This document shows positions 22,917 to 34,539 of a stretch of DNA of 39,084 nt, one piece after another (position 1 is the stretch's first letter; every line of letters starts with the position of its first letter). The position numbers and the translations under genes were made by a program. A model generated the notes under the pieces. It was not told the origin of the DNA. It searched no databases and saw only the letters and a list, made by a program, of their open reading frames with translations. The DNA is from Nemertoderma westbladi (taxonomy: Eukaryota > Animalia > Xenacoelomorpha): assembly GCA_032718475.1 (NCBI GenBank), contig JAUCBJ010000613.1, forward strand, positions 1 through 39,084. Reading direction: 5' to 3'.

Positions 22917-24783
22917 CACGAAGTGGGGCCTTCGCGCAGCACGTGAAATGAGTTAATGCTAAGTATCAACTCGAAAGGATTATAAAAACATAGGAGAAGA
23001 TTTTCCCGGAAAACGTTAACCCTCTAGCGGGAGACTGGGTAACTGAAGAAGGAAGGATTAGTTTCCCTACAAAGCCACAGCCTATGGTCTATTACATATC
23101 TGCCAAATTTCAGCATAAATGGATTAAAAGCAAAGAAATGGGAGGACATTTAACATTTAGACATGTGGCCCTCTAGCAGGAGACTATTGCTCTGATGGTG
23201 TCTGAAAGTCTCTCAAACGTCTCAACTTTTGATCATATTGATGCCTACAAATTTTCAACTTGGCAGCTTTAAATTCGACAAAGTTATAAGCATGTCAATA
23301 TCATAACGAAGACAACGATTTCACTTTCAGACATTTGGCCCTCTAGCGGCAGACTGGAGAACTGCAGATGGATTCGCCTCCTTTGAAAGTCACAGCTACT
23401 GGTCTAATACATATCTGCCAAGTTTCAGCTTAAACGGATTAAAAGCAAAGAAATGGGAGGGCATTTAATGTTTAGACATGTGGCCCTCTAGCGGGAGACC
23501 ATTGCACTGATGGTGTCTGAAAGTCTCTCAAAAATCTCAACTTTAGCTCATATTGATACCTACAAATTTTCAACTTGGCAGCTTTAAATCCAACAAAGTT
23601 ATTAGCATGTCAAAATCGTAACAACAACAACGATTTCACTTTCAGACCTTTGGCCCTCTAGCGGCAGACTGGAGAACTGCAGATGGATTCGCCTCCTTTG
23701 AAAGTCACAGCTAATGGTCTAATACATATCTGCCAAGTTTCAGCTTAAACGGATTAAAAGCAAAGAAATGGGAGGGCATTTAATGTTTAGACATGTGGCC
23801 CTCTAGCGGGAGACCATTGCACTGATGGTGTCTGAAAGTCTCTCAAAAATCTCAACTTTAGCTCATATTGATACCTACAAATTTTCAACTTGGCAGCTTT
23901 AAATCCGACAAAGTTATTAGCATGTCAAAATCGTAACAACGACAACGATTTCACTTTCAGACCTTTGGCCCTCTAGTGGCAGACTGGAGAACTGCAGATG
24001 GATTCGCCTCCTTTGAAAGTCACAGCTAATGGTCTAATACATATCTGCCAAGTTTCAGCTTAAACGGATTAAAAGCAAAGAAATGGGAGGGCATTTAATG
24101 TTTAGACATGTGGCCCTCTAGCGGGAGACCATTGCACTGATGGTGTCTGAAAGTCTCTCAAAAATCTCAACTTTTGCTCATATTGATACCTACAAATTTT
24201 CAACTTGGCAGCTTTAAATCCGACAAAGTTATTAGCATGTCAAAATCGTAACGACGACGACGACGACAACGACGACGACGACGACGACGACAACGACGAC
24301 GACGACAACTATTTGCATAAATTGACCCACCCCCTAACAGTGTCAATTCGCTAAGGCTCCGCCAACTTCGTAGCGGCAGACTGGAGAACTGCAGATGGAT
24401 TCGCCTCCTTTGAAAGTCACAGCTAATGGTCTAATACATATCTGCCAAGTTTCAGCTTAAACGGATTAAAAGCAAAGAAATGGGAGGGCATTTAATGTTT
24501 AGACATGTGGCCCTCTAGCGGGAGACCATTGCACTGATGGTGTCTGAAAGTCTCTCAAAAATCTCAACTTTTGCTCATATTGATACCTACAAATTTTCAA
24601 CTTGGCAGCTTTAAATCCGACAAAGTTATTAGCATGTCAAAATCGTAACGACGACGACGACGACAACGACGACGACGACGACGCGACGACGACAACGACG
24701 ACGACGACAACTATTTGCATAAATTGACCCACCCCCTAACAGTGTCAATTCGCTAAGGCTCCGCCAACTTCGTGGCTCGCCCC
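22917..24783. mobile_element. Helentron/HINE-like non-autonomous element with an internal 315-bp satellite and (GAC)n microsatellite, nested in copy B
   Basis: Starts CACGAAGTGGGGCCTTCGCGCAGCACG and ends CGCTAAGGCTCCGCCAACTTCGTGGCTCGCCCC (CACGAAGT/ACTTCGTG inverted). Unit starts at 23341, 23656 and 23971 (period 315, subunits 145+170). The last unit plus terminus is duplicated at 24372-24783. Confidence 0.7.
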
Positions 24784-25178
24784 ACAACGTGACATTCTGG
24801 AAGGCACTTGACTAACGGACAAATGACCCGAATGTGTGATAGAATGTGTACCATTTGTGACAGTTACGTGGAATTTGTGCGTTTGTAGGTGAATGTTACT
24901 ACTAAGGTGTGTTTACAGTAGCGAGTCGCAATTGTGAAAGTAACCCTAACTCTCCAGTAAGAACCTGAAGTATATCTAAGCCTTTGGGACGGACGGTGGA
25001 GTGGCTCGTGCTGGTTGTTGTAGTCATTGTGCAGCTACGACGTTGGCGATAGGCACATCGGCGAAAGTACACCAGCGCTGAGGATCTCGCACTCTCCGGG
25101 GGCAGAGAGGGGTAGGCAGCGACGCCCGCTCGCCTAAATATAAACTCATTATAATATGGATAAACTTATATAGCAGAT

Positions 25179-26754
25179 ATGATTGAGTTGATAGATGATG
25201 ATCTTGGTATCAGGGAGCGATATACTCTACCTTTACAAGCGTTTGTTGATAGCTTGATACGCGGTGACGCTGGTCCAACTACTACGGAGGACGATGGTCG
25301 TTATATCTAACGGCCAATCTCCCGGGAGCAACTTGCGCGTGGGTTGGACTGTAGAAAATTTACCGCTCGCTATACGCATCGTAATGGTATGTATATGGAC
25401 TTCTTAACTACTGGTCATCCTATCGACCTACATGATACGAACGATATAGACACCAAAAGGGAAATGGTTTTATTTAAATATCATACCCAGCGGAAGCGGA
25501 ACGATAAACTGAGACTCGAACACGAAAATTCTATTCGAAACCGACTCGAAAGTGAAGATGTTGAAGAGCCGGATAAACGCAGCGACTTCACCAAAATATC
25601 TGGAATTCTTGAGAGAAACATATCTCAATATTACCAGTCAACAGAATCTAGAAACTCGATATCCTCCAAGTATACATCATGACCGCATGGTAGAACTCAA
25701 ACGGCTCTATTCCACTATGATGTATCTTACCGCTGATCGACCGCTGCCTGTTGCACCGGATAGCTTCGAACGGATGGAGGAGTATTGTGAACTGGAGAAA
25801 GATCACTCGAGTTTCCCCTACAAGACGTGCGTCTTTGGTGTTGTTGCGATGGATGCCCTAGACCCAACCAACAAACGGAAAGACCTAAACATCCGTGGCG
25901 ACGTTGTATTAAACACGGTTTTACTCGCTATATTTACGGGAGTTTCGAGCGAAATTTGTTTGACGTATCACCTACGCTCGTTCGACTCAGACGATCCTTA
26001 AATAAACCAATGATCAGAGTTCCGGAATACTCGATCAGACCTCCTCATTCCCTAGTGAGACCTCAGACTCTTGATCCTATTAGTATGACGCATCCTCCCG
26101 AGCTGTACTCACTGTTCAAAGATCTAGTGTTACCTGAACAATTAGTCGGTGGCACCCCGGTTGTGGGCTTCCTAGATATTAGCCCATCTTACTTAGCCGT
26201 ATTGGGACGTGGACACCTAATATCGCCATTCAACCGTATAGTCGTCCCAGTCTAACGCGATACAACCCTTCATCAAGGTGGAGGAGAGCGTTGTACGAAA
26301 CGAGTTAAACGCTATTCTACAAAGATCAGAAAGGGAACCTGCGTTTGTTCAGATAAACGTAAGTTGTAACAGCAAGTCCAAGCGATAAACGAATTGGCTT
26401 TATCTCAGTTCGATTGGGAAATCCAGAATCTCTAAGACGATATTGAGCTTGGATGACCCTCTTCTCGGCGAGAGTTTTGGACGAACGTATCCAACGATGA
26501 GCGGAGGAAAATCAGCTCGAGGAGAAGCATATCGAAACGGCGGATACCCCGACTATAATCCTACACCTTCTGATGCAATCATATTGCACCCTTCATCCAG
26601 GAGTTATATAGCCCTCCTCGTAAAGTGGCTCCCCCCAAAGAGAAAAGCACTCTTACTAGCCTCAAAAAACTGCGTAAACGCCGTCCGCGTAAGAAAGACT
26701 AACTGTTTAGAGTATTTTTATATTTTAGAAACTGTGATTTTGTATATTTTATAG
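25179..26754 (+). pseudogene. Decayed extra ORF (~520 codons) of unknown function in the env position of copy B
   Basis: Chain of overlapping sense-strand ORFs (25179 in frame with 25344-25682; 25552-26001; 25827-26255; 26443-26754), joinable with three frameshifts and two stops. Ends 26 bp before the 3' LTR. Confidence 0.55.
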
Positions 26755-26772
26755 ACTTAAATCCCATTTTCT

Positions 26773-26780
26773 GGGAGCGG
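26773..26780 (+). promoter_or_regulatory. Polypurine tract (GGGAGCGG)
   Basis: Purine-rich run directly 5' of the 3' LTR TG. Confidence 0.6.
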
Positions 26781-27996
26781 TGTAAAAGCTTTTGTGGGAT
26801 ATAACTGGCCCTTTGCTCCGCAATCCAGTTCCCCCCCCCCCCCAAGGCGCTGGAATACTCTAAAAAGCTCCCTAACTCAAAGGATGAAAGCTACCGGCTG
26901 ATTGGCTGATTTGCCTAGCGACGGCCTCTTTGTTACGTTCGATCGGCCAACCAGAGCTATAACAACAGAGTATGCAACCAGAGCAACCGAGCGGAGTGAC
27001 TCATTTTGTGTGCTGGCCAAGGGCTGCAAAAACCCTGATAGTTAGGCATTTAGACATTCGTGGAACCTGTGGAATCTGATGCTCTGCCAATGAGAGCTTT
27101 TCCTTTCTGTGTTGAAATCTACCTGCAGCAGCTCACAGGGTTCAGTGTGTTGGTTTTTCCAGAGCCTAGAAACATCGGCCGTGGAATATTTCTGAATTAT
27201 TCCAACATTAGAACGTCTTTAATTATAAGAACACATAACTGTTACCGGCACGGCACGGCACGGTACAGCGGTAAGAGACACTAAGAACACATAACGGTAC
27301 GGTACGTATTGCACATTATTTACTGCTATTGCTGTTTGTTATTAAATGTATCATTCGTTTGCATATTGTTATTTGGAGAATAACTATAAACGATCAGAAA
27401 CCCCGATCTTCTTGATACACTAAGGTTAGAGAGACCGGCTACATATAGCAATTGTGACTTATATTATCGTGGTTTGTAGTGAATTGAATGCTATTTTATA
27501 GGCCCTACAAATGTCGGTTGCTATTCTCTTTATATATGATTAAAATCAGTGACTATCGGCAATTCAGTGTGCAGCGGTGTGCAATAGTCTGTATGTGCTT
27601 GTCCGCGTAACAAAGCATCTCCTAAAGAATGCGCCTTATGTGTAACTTATAATCCATTCCGTTGTGTTTAGTGTAAGCCATAGCTCTGTTTATATAGATA
27701 GAGCGCCACGTCCTAAAGGAACTGCTAATATTTCCCGAAAGTGAATAATATTTGTCAGACATTATATATTAACGATCAATCGAATAGTACGGTAGGCCTG
27801 CACCGCAATCAAATTAAAGCATCCGAATCCAGTCTCCCGGGTATATCCAGCGGGTGAATGGTCGCGCATAGACTGGCTTCGGCTAATGTTGGATTTATTT
27901 GTCTCAAATACTTGTCATAGGCTAAAGTCAATTTATAACCTAGAAGACATATAGATTTGGCGGGTTAAACTGCCAAAGGTCTTAAAAGCGCGAACA
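26781..27996 (+). repeat. 3' LTR of copy B (1216 bp)
   Basis: By manual comparison it differs from the 5' LTR by 4 extra C in the C-run and about 7 substitutions. Confidence 0.95.
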
Positions 27997-28024
27997 GTGC
28001 TATTTAATTGGTAGCCGTAATTAA

Positions 28025-28936
28025 AGGGGGAGGGGGGGGGGGGATACAGTAGCACCCCCTATTTTGGAAATTGCCAAAAAAAAATTTTATTCTATCATGT
28101 GCCGAATTTAATGGAGATTTCAAATCTGCAAGCAGTTTTCTCATATTTTTTCTCAAACTCAAGTTATTACCCAAAATATAAGATCTGATTTTTAGTCTGA
28201 TTCTTGAAAAGCCCTCGAGCAGCACTATATTTTGCTATTGTACGGGGCCCTTTTCATAAAAAAAGTCTCTCACGGTACAGAAATGAATAAAATTACTAGA
28301 AAGTTTTTTACCAGTTATACGTTTAGCAAGCATGAAAAATTTCGTTGAATTTCGTTTATTTTTGACAAAGTTATTGTTGAACATAGAAAAATAGTATTAT
28401 CTAAATTAGCGGGAAGGTTTGAATTGTTCCTTAAACTTTAAACACCCATATCTCAGAATGACGCTCTTCATGAAAAAGGCTATTTCTCCGCCAATTTTAA
28501 CTGAAATGGTTGAAATTTGGGACACTTGTTAAGATTACCCTTCTTCAGACTTCTTCTGAACAAATTTGGTTGGAAATGCCCTGGAGCCTTTTTATATCAA
28601 AAAGGCCAAAAAGAAGCCCTTTTTAGGGGCCTTTTTCTTCTAAAAAGGCTCCAGAGCATTTGAGGCAAAATTTGTTCGGAAGAATTGGATGCAGGGTTCT
28701 TCTGAACTTATATTCCAAATTTCGACAAATTTCAACAAATATTAGTGGAGAAATAGCCCTTTGCGCAAAAAGGCACTTTTGGCCATTACGGAGCCATTTT
28801 GGGCCAATTTTAAAATATTTGGTTTAGGTTATGCTCACACAGCCCAGATGATGTTTAGTAGCACAAAAAATAATTTTCATCCAATTTTATGGTCCAGAGA
28901 CACAAAAATGTGAGGTTTAATGTGCCCCCCCCCCCC
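28025..28936. mobile_element. Non-autonomous DNA transposon, Kolobok-like (TTAA-flanked, G-run/C-run termini) with an internal inverted repeat
   Basis: TTAA-AGGGGG... at 28021 and ...CCCCCC-TTAA at 28937-28940. Imperfect internal arms (GGCTATTTCTCC/GGAGAAATAGCC; CTGGAGCCTTTTT/AAAAAGGCTCCAG) centred near 28620. Confidence 0.55.
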
Positions 28937-29078
28937 TTAATGTCTTTATAGATATTGTATTAATACGGTGTGGATTCACATTGACTCTCGTGGTGGCCGA
29001 CGACCACAACGTATCTCTTACTCTTCTACATACTGTATTATACAGAAAGTAATGGAATGTTATATTTTAATCTCTTAC

Positions 29079-29911
29079 CCGACATTAAAACTTTCCCTCA
29101 TATGTAATGCCAAGATCGGTGTCACGAATCCGATAGTTGCTACAGCAGACAGAGACACAAAACATATTAAATAGAGGGCAGGTATACGAGCAGCAAGATA
29201 GATGTTTGTCTTTCTTGGTTGCTGTAAAGCAATCGGCGGGAGTATAACTGCAGTCACTAGAGCTAACACTATTAACAAAGAGCCACAAACATTGAAGGGA
29301 GTTTTAAACCCTTCATATTCATAAAGAGAAGCACCTGCAAGTGGCCCCATAACACTCCCCAACCCTAAGAAAAATTCCATAAATCCCGTCACAAAATTTA
29401 TATCTTCACGAAATTGTGAAATAACAGCGGCATACGCAGCAGTGTTATACAAATACAAACCGATGGCGGAAAGAATGCGAAATAAGATTGAGAGATAAAG
29501 AAATAGTGTGAAATTCGTAACATATTCCAGACAACCGAAAGCTATTGTTGAAATTCCATATAATAGTAAACCGAAAATAAATCCTCGTTTAGCTCTTATA
29601 TATTGCATGTATATCCCGGAAATCACGGAAGATATTGCGCCAACGATGGCGAATATTCCAATTACAATTCCGATTTCAGTAGCATTCAGGCCTCTTTTCG
29701 TGGCTTCAATGGGGTAAAACGGACCACCAAGGGCATATCCTGTGAATCCTATGAAATTACCCAAACATGTTATTGATAACAATGAATATCTCTCAGATTT
29801 CTTCATAGATACAGGTAAATCATCTACCGAGAGCTCCTCTTCGAGAATCTCATTGCGGGTTGTACTCTCAATAGGAATTAGTTTTTTACCCTTTTGCTCA
29901 TTTAATTCCAT
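29079..29911 (-). CDS. SLC18B1: Exon 1 of an SLC18B1-like MFS transporter
   Basis: ATG 29911 (MELNEQKG). About 7 TM helices with GPFYPIEATKRG, FRILSAIG and GFMEFFLGLGSVMGPLAGASLYEYEGFKTPF. Donor GG|GTAAGA at 29078. Confidence 0.85.
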
Positions 29912-30187
29912 CTCAAATATGAGAAATTGATGGAATAAGTGAATTTTTATAAATGCAATACATAAGCACATAAAAACGAGCACAGTGAATAAGGTTTACT
30001 GAAATCAACAAGGGTCTTTAAAGCTTAATTTATGTGCCATTTTGACAAATGATATAAAGTTGTTACAGTACGGTACTGTATGTATTATCTATGTAGCATA
30101 TGCTTAGGTAGGCCATAACGCTATACCAAGTGCAAGTGGGTTATTTGTAGCGCTAAAATACGAGGATATCAGCAGAGCCAATAAGTA

Positions 30188-31439
30188 CGGAAGCTCCTAG
30201 CAGCATGGACACAAACAAACATTAATGTTGGACGCAAACATTAATGTGGGACGCAAATATTAATGTGGGATGCAAACATTAATGGGGGACACAAACAAAC
30301 ATTAATGTTGGACGCAAACATTAATGTGGGACGCAAATATTAATGTGGGATGCAAACATTAATGGGGGACACAAACAAACATTAATGTTGGACGCAAACA
30401 TTAATGTGGGACGCAAATATTAATGTGGGATGCAAACATTAATGGGGGACACAAACATTAATGTGGGATTCAAACATTAATGGGGGACACAAACATTAAT
30501 GTGGGATTCAAACATTAATGTGGGACACAAATATTAATCTGGGGCCCATTCATGAGGGACACACATTAATGAGGGACACATATTTATCAGGAAAATAAAC
30601 ATTAATGATGGACACAAACATTAATGAGGGACTCAAACATTAATGAGGGACACAACCATTAATGAAGTACATACATTAATCAGGAGTACAAACATTAATG
30701 ATGGACACACATTAATGAGGGACACACATTAATCAGGGACACAAAGAATAAAGAGGGACATACATTAATCAGGGACACAAAGATTAAAGATGGACATACA
30801 TTAATGATGGACGCATATTAATGAGGGACACACATTAATCAGGGGCACAAACATTAACGAGGGACACAAACAATGATGAAAAACACAAAGTTTAACGAAG
30901 GACACACATTAATCAGGGACACAAAGATTAAATAGGGACATACATTAATCAGGGTCACAAACAATAAAGAGGGACACACATTAATCAGGGACAAAAAGAT
31001 TAATGAGAAAGTTTCGCCCTCAAAATGAGTGTAACAGCATGGTTTATTGTTTTGGTTTGAAAAGGCCATCTCTGTAACCTTCCGTCTCTGTAGCCTACTC
31101 CTTCCCCCCAATCGGGCGAATATTGGACGCGGGCGACGACTTCCAGCGGGCGAAGATTGCACCCAACCGGTCAATACTTCCCAAGGAATATTAGGGCGAC
31201 TGTTCTCAGACATTATTAGATATTGAGTGATTAACTGAAAAACTACGACCGTGAGAATGTGACCTCTGATCAAAGTTTGCCGGTCTGAAGACATTTCCAT
31301 CAACGCGGTTGGAGAACATGAACTTACGGTTGCTTATTGAGATATTTTTATCGTTGTTGCCGATGGGTGTGTCCCACATTAATCGATTCATGTTTGTGTC
31401 CATCATTAATGTTTGTGTCCTGGCCGCTATTGGCTTCCG
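30188..31439. mobile_element. TA-flanked MITE with ~30-bp imperfect TIRs and an internal ~20-bp minisatellite
   Basis: Left TA|CGGAAGCTCCTAGCAGCATGGACACAAAC, right GTTTGTGTCCTGGCCGCTATTGGCTTCCG|TA. CATTAATGTGGGACACAAA-type units at ~30205-31005. Confidence 0.75.
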
Positions 31440-32259
31440 TAAATACATAAGTAACTAAAACTGACAGAGAAAAATATAATCTTAATCTAAATTTAAACAG
31501 GGCAAAGGATGAACAACTCTATAGAAATAGGAAAAAAAATAATGATATGAATACTTCAAAAAGGTTATGAATATTCAAACGTTTTATATAAAATATATTT
31601 CAAGTGTAAATTAAATTGTAAAACACATAAGCTGCATTAATGGTGACAATTTCGTTTTAAGACCAACAATAAATAACATCAGCTTCAATTGCAAAAATAT
31701 TGGATAAGAAATTACTATAGAGCGTATGGAATACCTGAAAGGATCTCATTTCCACTGTGCGTGCTCGCTCGGTTTACTGTGTAGCTGTACTGTAGGCCTA
31801 CTGTAGTAGTATTAATTATTTGTAGTAGGTAAGGAGAACTATTTATTCTGCTGAGGAGAGTTGTGCTGAGCTACTGTAGGTAAAAGTAATTCCAAATCCG
31901 GCCGCAAGTGAACTCTTTGCACCTACCCATTACATTGTACTGTGCAGCCGTAGGCCTAATGTGATAAAGTTATAATCTAAAGTACACTAATGTATTTCCC
32001 GGAATTTAGTGTCATATCTTATAATTCAGTGACACGCACCACCCCCCCCCCCCCCCCCCTCCACCCCAACCCCCTCCCCAAATTTTTCTTCAAGTCGCAA
32101 TGAGATCGTATGAAATTTAAAACAAGGAGAGTTTGACCTCACGGCCACTTACTGTACTTGTTTAGCCAGAATTATTACTTTTTTGCTTTCAATCTTTACC
32201 TGCACGCGTTTGAAAAATGTTTCAGTGATTCAGTCGATATTACAAGGTTCGATTATTTA

Positions 32260-32630
32260 TAACATCAGACGTTTCAAAATAACGTTAAAAATTGATGTTA
32301 AAATTCAACGTCTGTTTAACGTTTGGGTTTAGTCATTTTTGTACATGATTAAATTTAACCAATGTCAGACGTTTCAAAATAACGTTAAAAATTGATGTTA
32401 AAATTCAACGTCAGTTTAACGTTTGGATTTAGTCATTTTTGTACATGATTAAATTTAACCAATGTCAGACGTTTCATAATAACGTTAAAAATTGATGTTA
32501 AAATTCAACTTAACGTTTGGGTTTAGTCATTTTTGTACATGATTAAATTTAACTAATATCAGACGTTTCAAAATAACGTTAAAAATTGATGTTAAAATTC
32601 AACGTCAGTTCAACGTTTGGGTTTAGATGA
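32260..32630 (+). repeat. ~100-bp tandem repeat x~4 rich in AACGTT, probably internal to a small DNA element (~32198-32781)
   Basis: CAGACGTTTCAAAATAACGTTAAAAATTGATG at ~32266, 32366, 32466 and 32560; weak termini ACCTGCA / TGCAGGGT. Confidence 0.8.
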
Positions 32631-32782
32631 TTATAGACATGTAGTTTTTAAACGATTATAAGACCTTAGAAAACGTTTGTTCTAAGTTATTTTTATAACT
32701 TTATTTTTCTAACCTAAAACAGATTTAAGTCTAAAATTAGATCTGTAGATTAGCGTAATTAACGTAAAATGTTTGCAGGGTG

Positions 32783-32892
32783 GCAGCAGTAGTACCTACC
32801 AGTACTTTTATATGGGAGTCCATGCTAGGCTCTAACTGTAGAGGAAACCTAAGTAGTAGTAGTAGAGTAGTAATAAGTAGTAGTAGTAGTAG
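32783..32892 (+). mobile_element. Short RTE-LINE-derived fragment with a (TAG)n tail
   Basis: GCAGCAGTAGT..CCAGTACT..GGGAGTCCATGCT.GGCTCTAACTG matches 36259-36310 of the LINE and is followed by TAG repeats. Confidence 0.7.
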
Positions 32893-33046
32893 ATAATTCT
32901 TGATTTGATTGGATTGGTTGGACTGATTTGGTGGGAATTTCGAAATTCCTGATTTCTTTATTCTCTACTCTGGCATGTGGCAGACAGGTAACAGATTTTT
33001 AATTAATTAGCTTACCGGTACCACACAACCACCACCCTAAACCCTA

Positions 33047-33120
33047 GGTAATTATTAAGAGCGCAATAGATACCGGTAATTATTAAGAGCGCAAAAGATA
33101 CCGGTAATTATTAAGAGCGC
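33047..33120 (+). repeat. 29-bp tandem repeat x~2.6 upstream of DHPS
   Basis: GGTAATTATTAAGAGCGC occurs three times, separated by AA(T/A)AGATACC. Confidence 0.85.
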
Positions 33121-33408
33121 TCATAATAATTATAGAACGCGGTCTTCTGGTCTTCAGTCTTCTGCTCTTGATAATTATTTAGATAACTAGTCCTCGCTAG
33201 TCTGATCTTATAAAAATTTCCAAAATGTCCCTTTCTGCCTTTAGAGGCTCAGTAATTGCCTGAGATCAGGAGATATGGTAATTATAAAGTTGTACCATAT
33301 GTTTTTAGGGACATATTTCAAATTTCTAATGGACCTACCAGTATTTTAATATTTTTTAAGTTGGAATTATAGGCCTACATATTTTATTCATATTTCTAAG
33401 ATCAGAAG

Positions 33409-34539
33409 ATGTCCAACGATGTATCTGCCCCCAACGTTGCCCAACAAGCGGTGTTGGCCCGTAGCTGCGAGATGCCCGCCGGTTCGCAGACCGTCAAAGG
33501 CTACGACTTTAACACCGGTGTAAACTACGAGAGACTACTCGCCTCCTACCGCTACTCGGGTTTCCAGGCAACCAATTTGGGCCTGGCCATCGAGGAAATC
33601 AACAGAATGTTAACCGCGCGAGAAAGCGAGTTAACCGAAGAATTTAAAACCAAAATCGCGATGGGGTTAATCGGTGAGAGAACTACAAACTGTACGATAT
33701 TCCTGGGTTACACCTCCAACCTTATATCCAGCGGGTTGCGAGAGACGCTACGCTACCTGGTTGAGCACAAACTGGTGGACGCTGTGGTCACGACAGCAGG
33801 AGGCGTCGAGGAAGACTTCATTAAGTGTCTGGCCCCGACCTACATCGGGGAATTCGGTCTCAAAGGCAGCGAACTGAGAGAGAAAGGTATAAACCGAATC
33901 GGGAATCTTTTAGTTCCTAATGATAATTACTGTTTATTCGAAGATTGGTTGATGCCGATCCTGGATAAACTAGTAGAGGAGCAGAAAGAGACTGGAATTA
34001 ATTTATCTCCAAGAACTCTAATCCACCGTTTAGGGAAGGAAATAAACGATGAGTCATCTGTTTACTATTGGGCATATAAGAACGATATCCCGGTATTCTC
34101 CCCAGGGATTACCGATGGTTCTCTCGGCGATATGCTCTACTTCCATTCTTACAAGAACCCCGGGTTGGTACTCGATATCATCCCGGACGTTCGCGCTCTC
34201 AACGATCTCGCGGTCGCCGCGGCGCACACCGGCATGGTGATACTGGGCGGCGGCGTCGTTAAACACCACATCTGTAACGCGAATCTGATGCGGAACGGCG
34301 CGGATTTCGCGGTGTTCGTCAACACCGGACAGGAGTTCGACGGTTCGGATTCCGGAGCCCGGCCGGACGAGGCGGTTTCCTGGGGGAAGATTCGCGCGGA
34401 CGCCGCTCCCGTGAAGGTGTACGCCGAGGCCACGCTGGTGCTGCCGCTACTGGTTGGGGAGACATTCGCGCGGTTTGTGGAGAGACGACGTAACGCTAGT
34501 AGTAGGAAGGAGGCGGGGGAATCTGTAATACAGATGTAA
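33409..34539 (+). CDS. DHPS: Deoxyhypusine synthase (376 aa, no coding introns)
   Basis: Hallmark motifs [75 protein letters not shown] and [17 protein letters not shown] (catalytic Lys). Confidence 0.97.
   Translation: MSNDVSAPNVAQQAVLARSCEMPAGSQTVKGYDFNTGVNYERLLASYRYSGFQATNLGLAIEEINRMLTARESELTEEFKTKIAMGLIGERTTNCTIFLGYTSNLISSGLRETLRYLVEHKLVDAVVTTAGGVEEDFIKCLAPTYIGEFGLKGSELREKGINRIGNLLVPNDNYCLFEDWLMPILDKLVEEQKETGINLSPRTLIHRLGKEINDESSVYYWAYKNDIPVFSPGITDGSLGDMLYFHSYKNPGLVLDIIPDVRALNDLAVAAAHTGMVILGGGVVKHHICNANLMRNGADFAVFVNTGQEFDGSDSGARPDEAVSWGKIRADAAPVKVYAEATLVLPLLVGETFARFVERRRNASSRKEAGESVIQM

Larger units (their letters stand above)
14880..27996 (+). mobile_element. Complete 13.1 kb non-autonomous BEL/Pao-type LTR retrotransposon copy B
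   Basis: Two TG...CA LTRs; 5-bp TSD GTGCT at 14875-14879 and 27997-28001; purine-rich GGGAGCGG before the 3' LTR; gag-PR ORFs inside; no RT or integrase motif found. Confidence 0.95.

Noticed and set aside
23180-23215. Hammerhead-ribozyme-like text in the 315-bp unit (GAGAC-TA...CTGATGG...GAAA-GTCTC)
   Set aside because: The core is CTGATGG rather than CTGANGA, stems I and II cannot form, and the other units have CA instead of the U-H site.
30205-31005. CRISPR-like appearance of the short repeat array
   Set aside because: Units are contiguous with no unique spacers, there are no cas genes, and the context is eukaryotic. It is a minisatellite.
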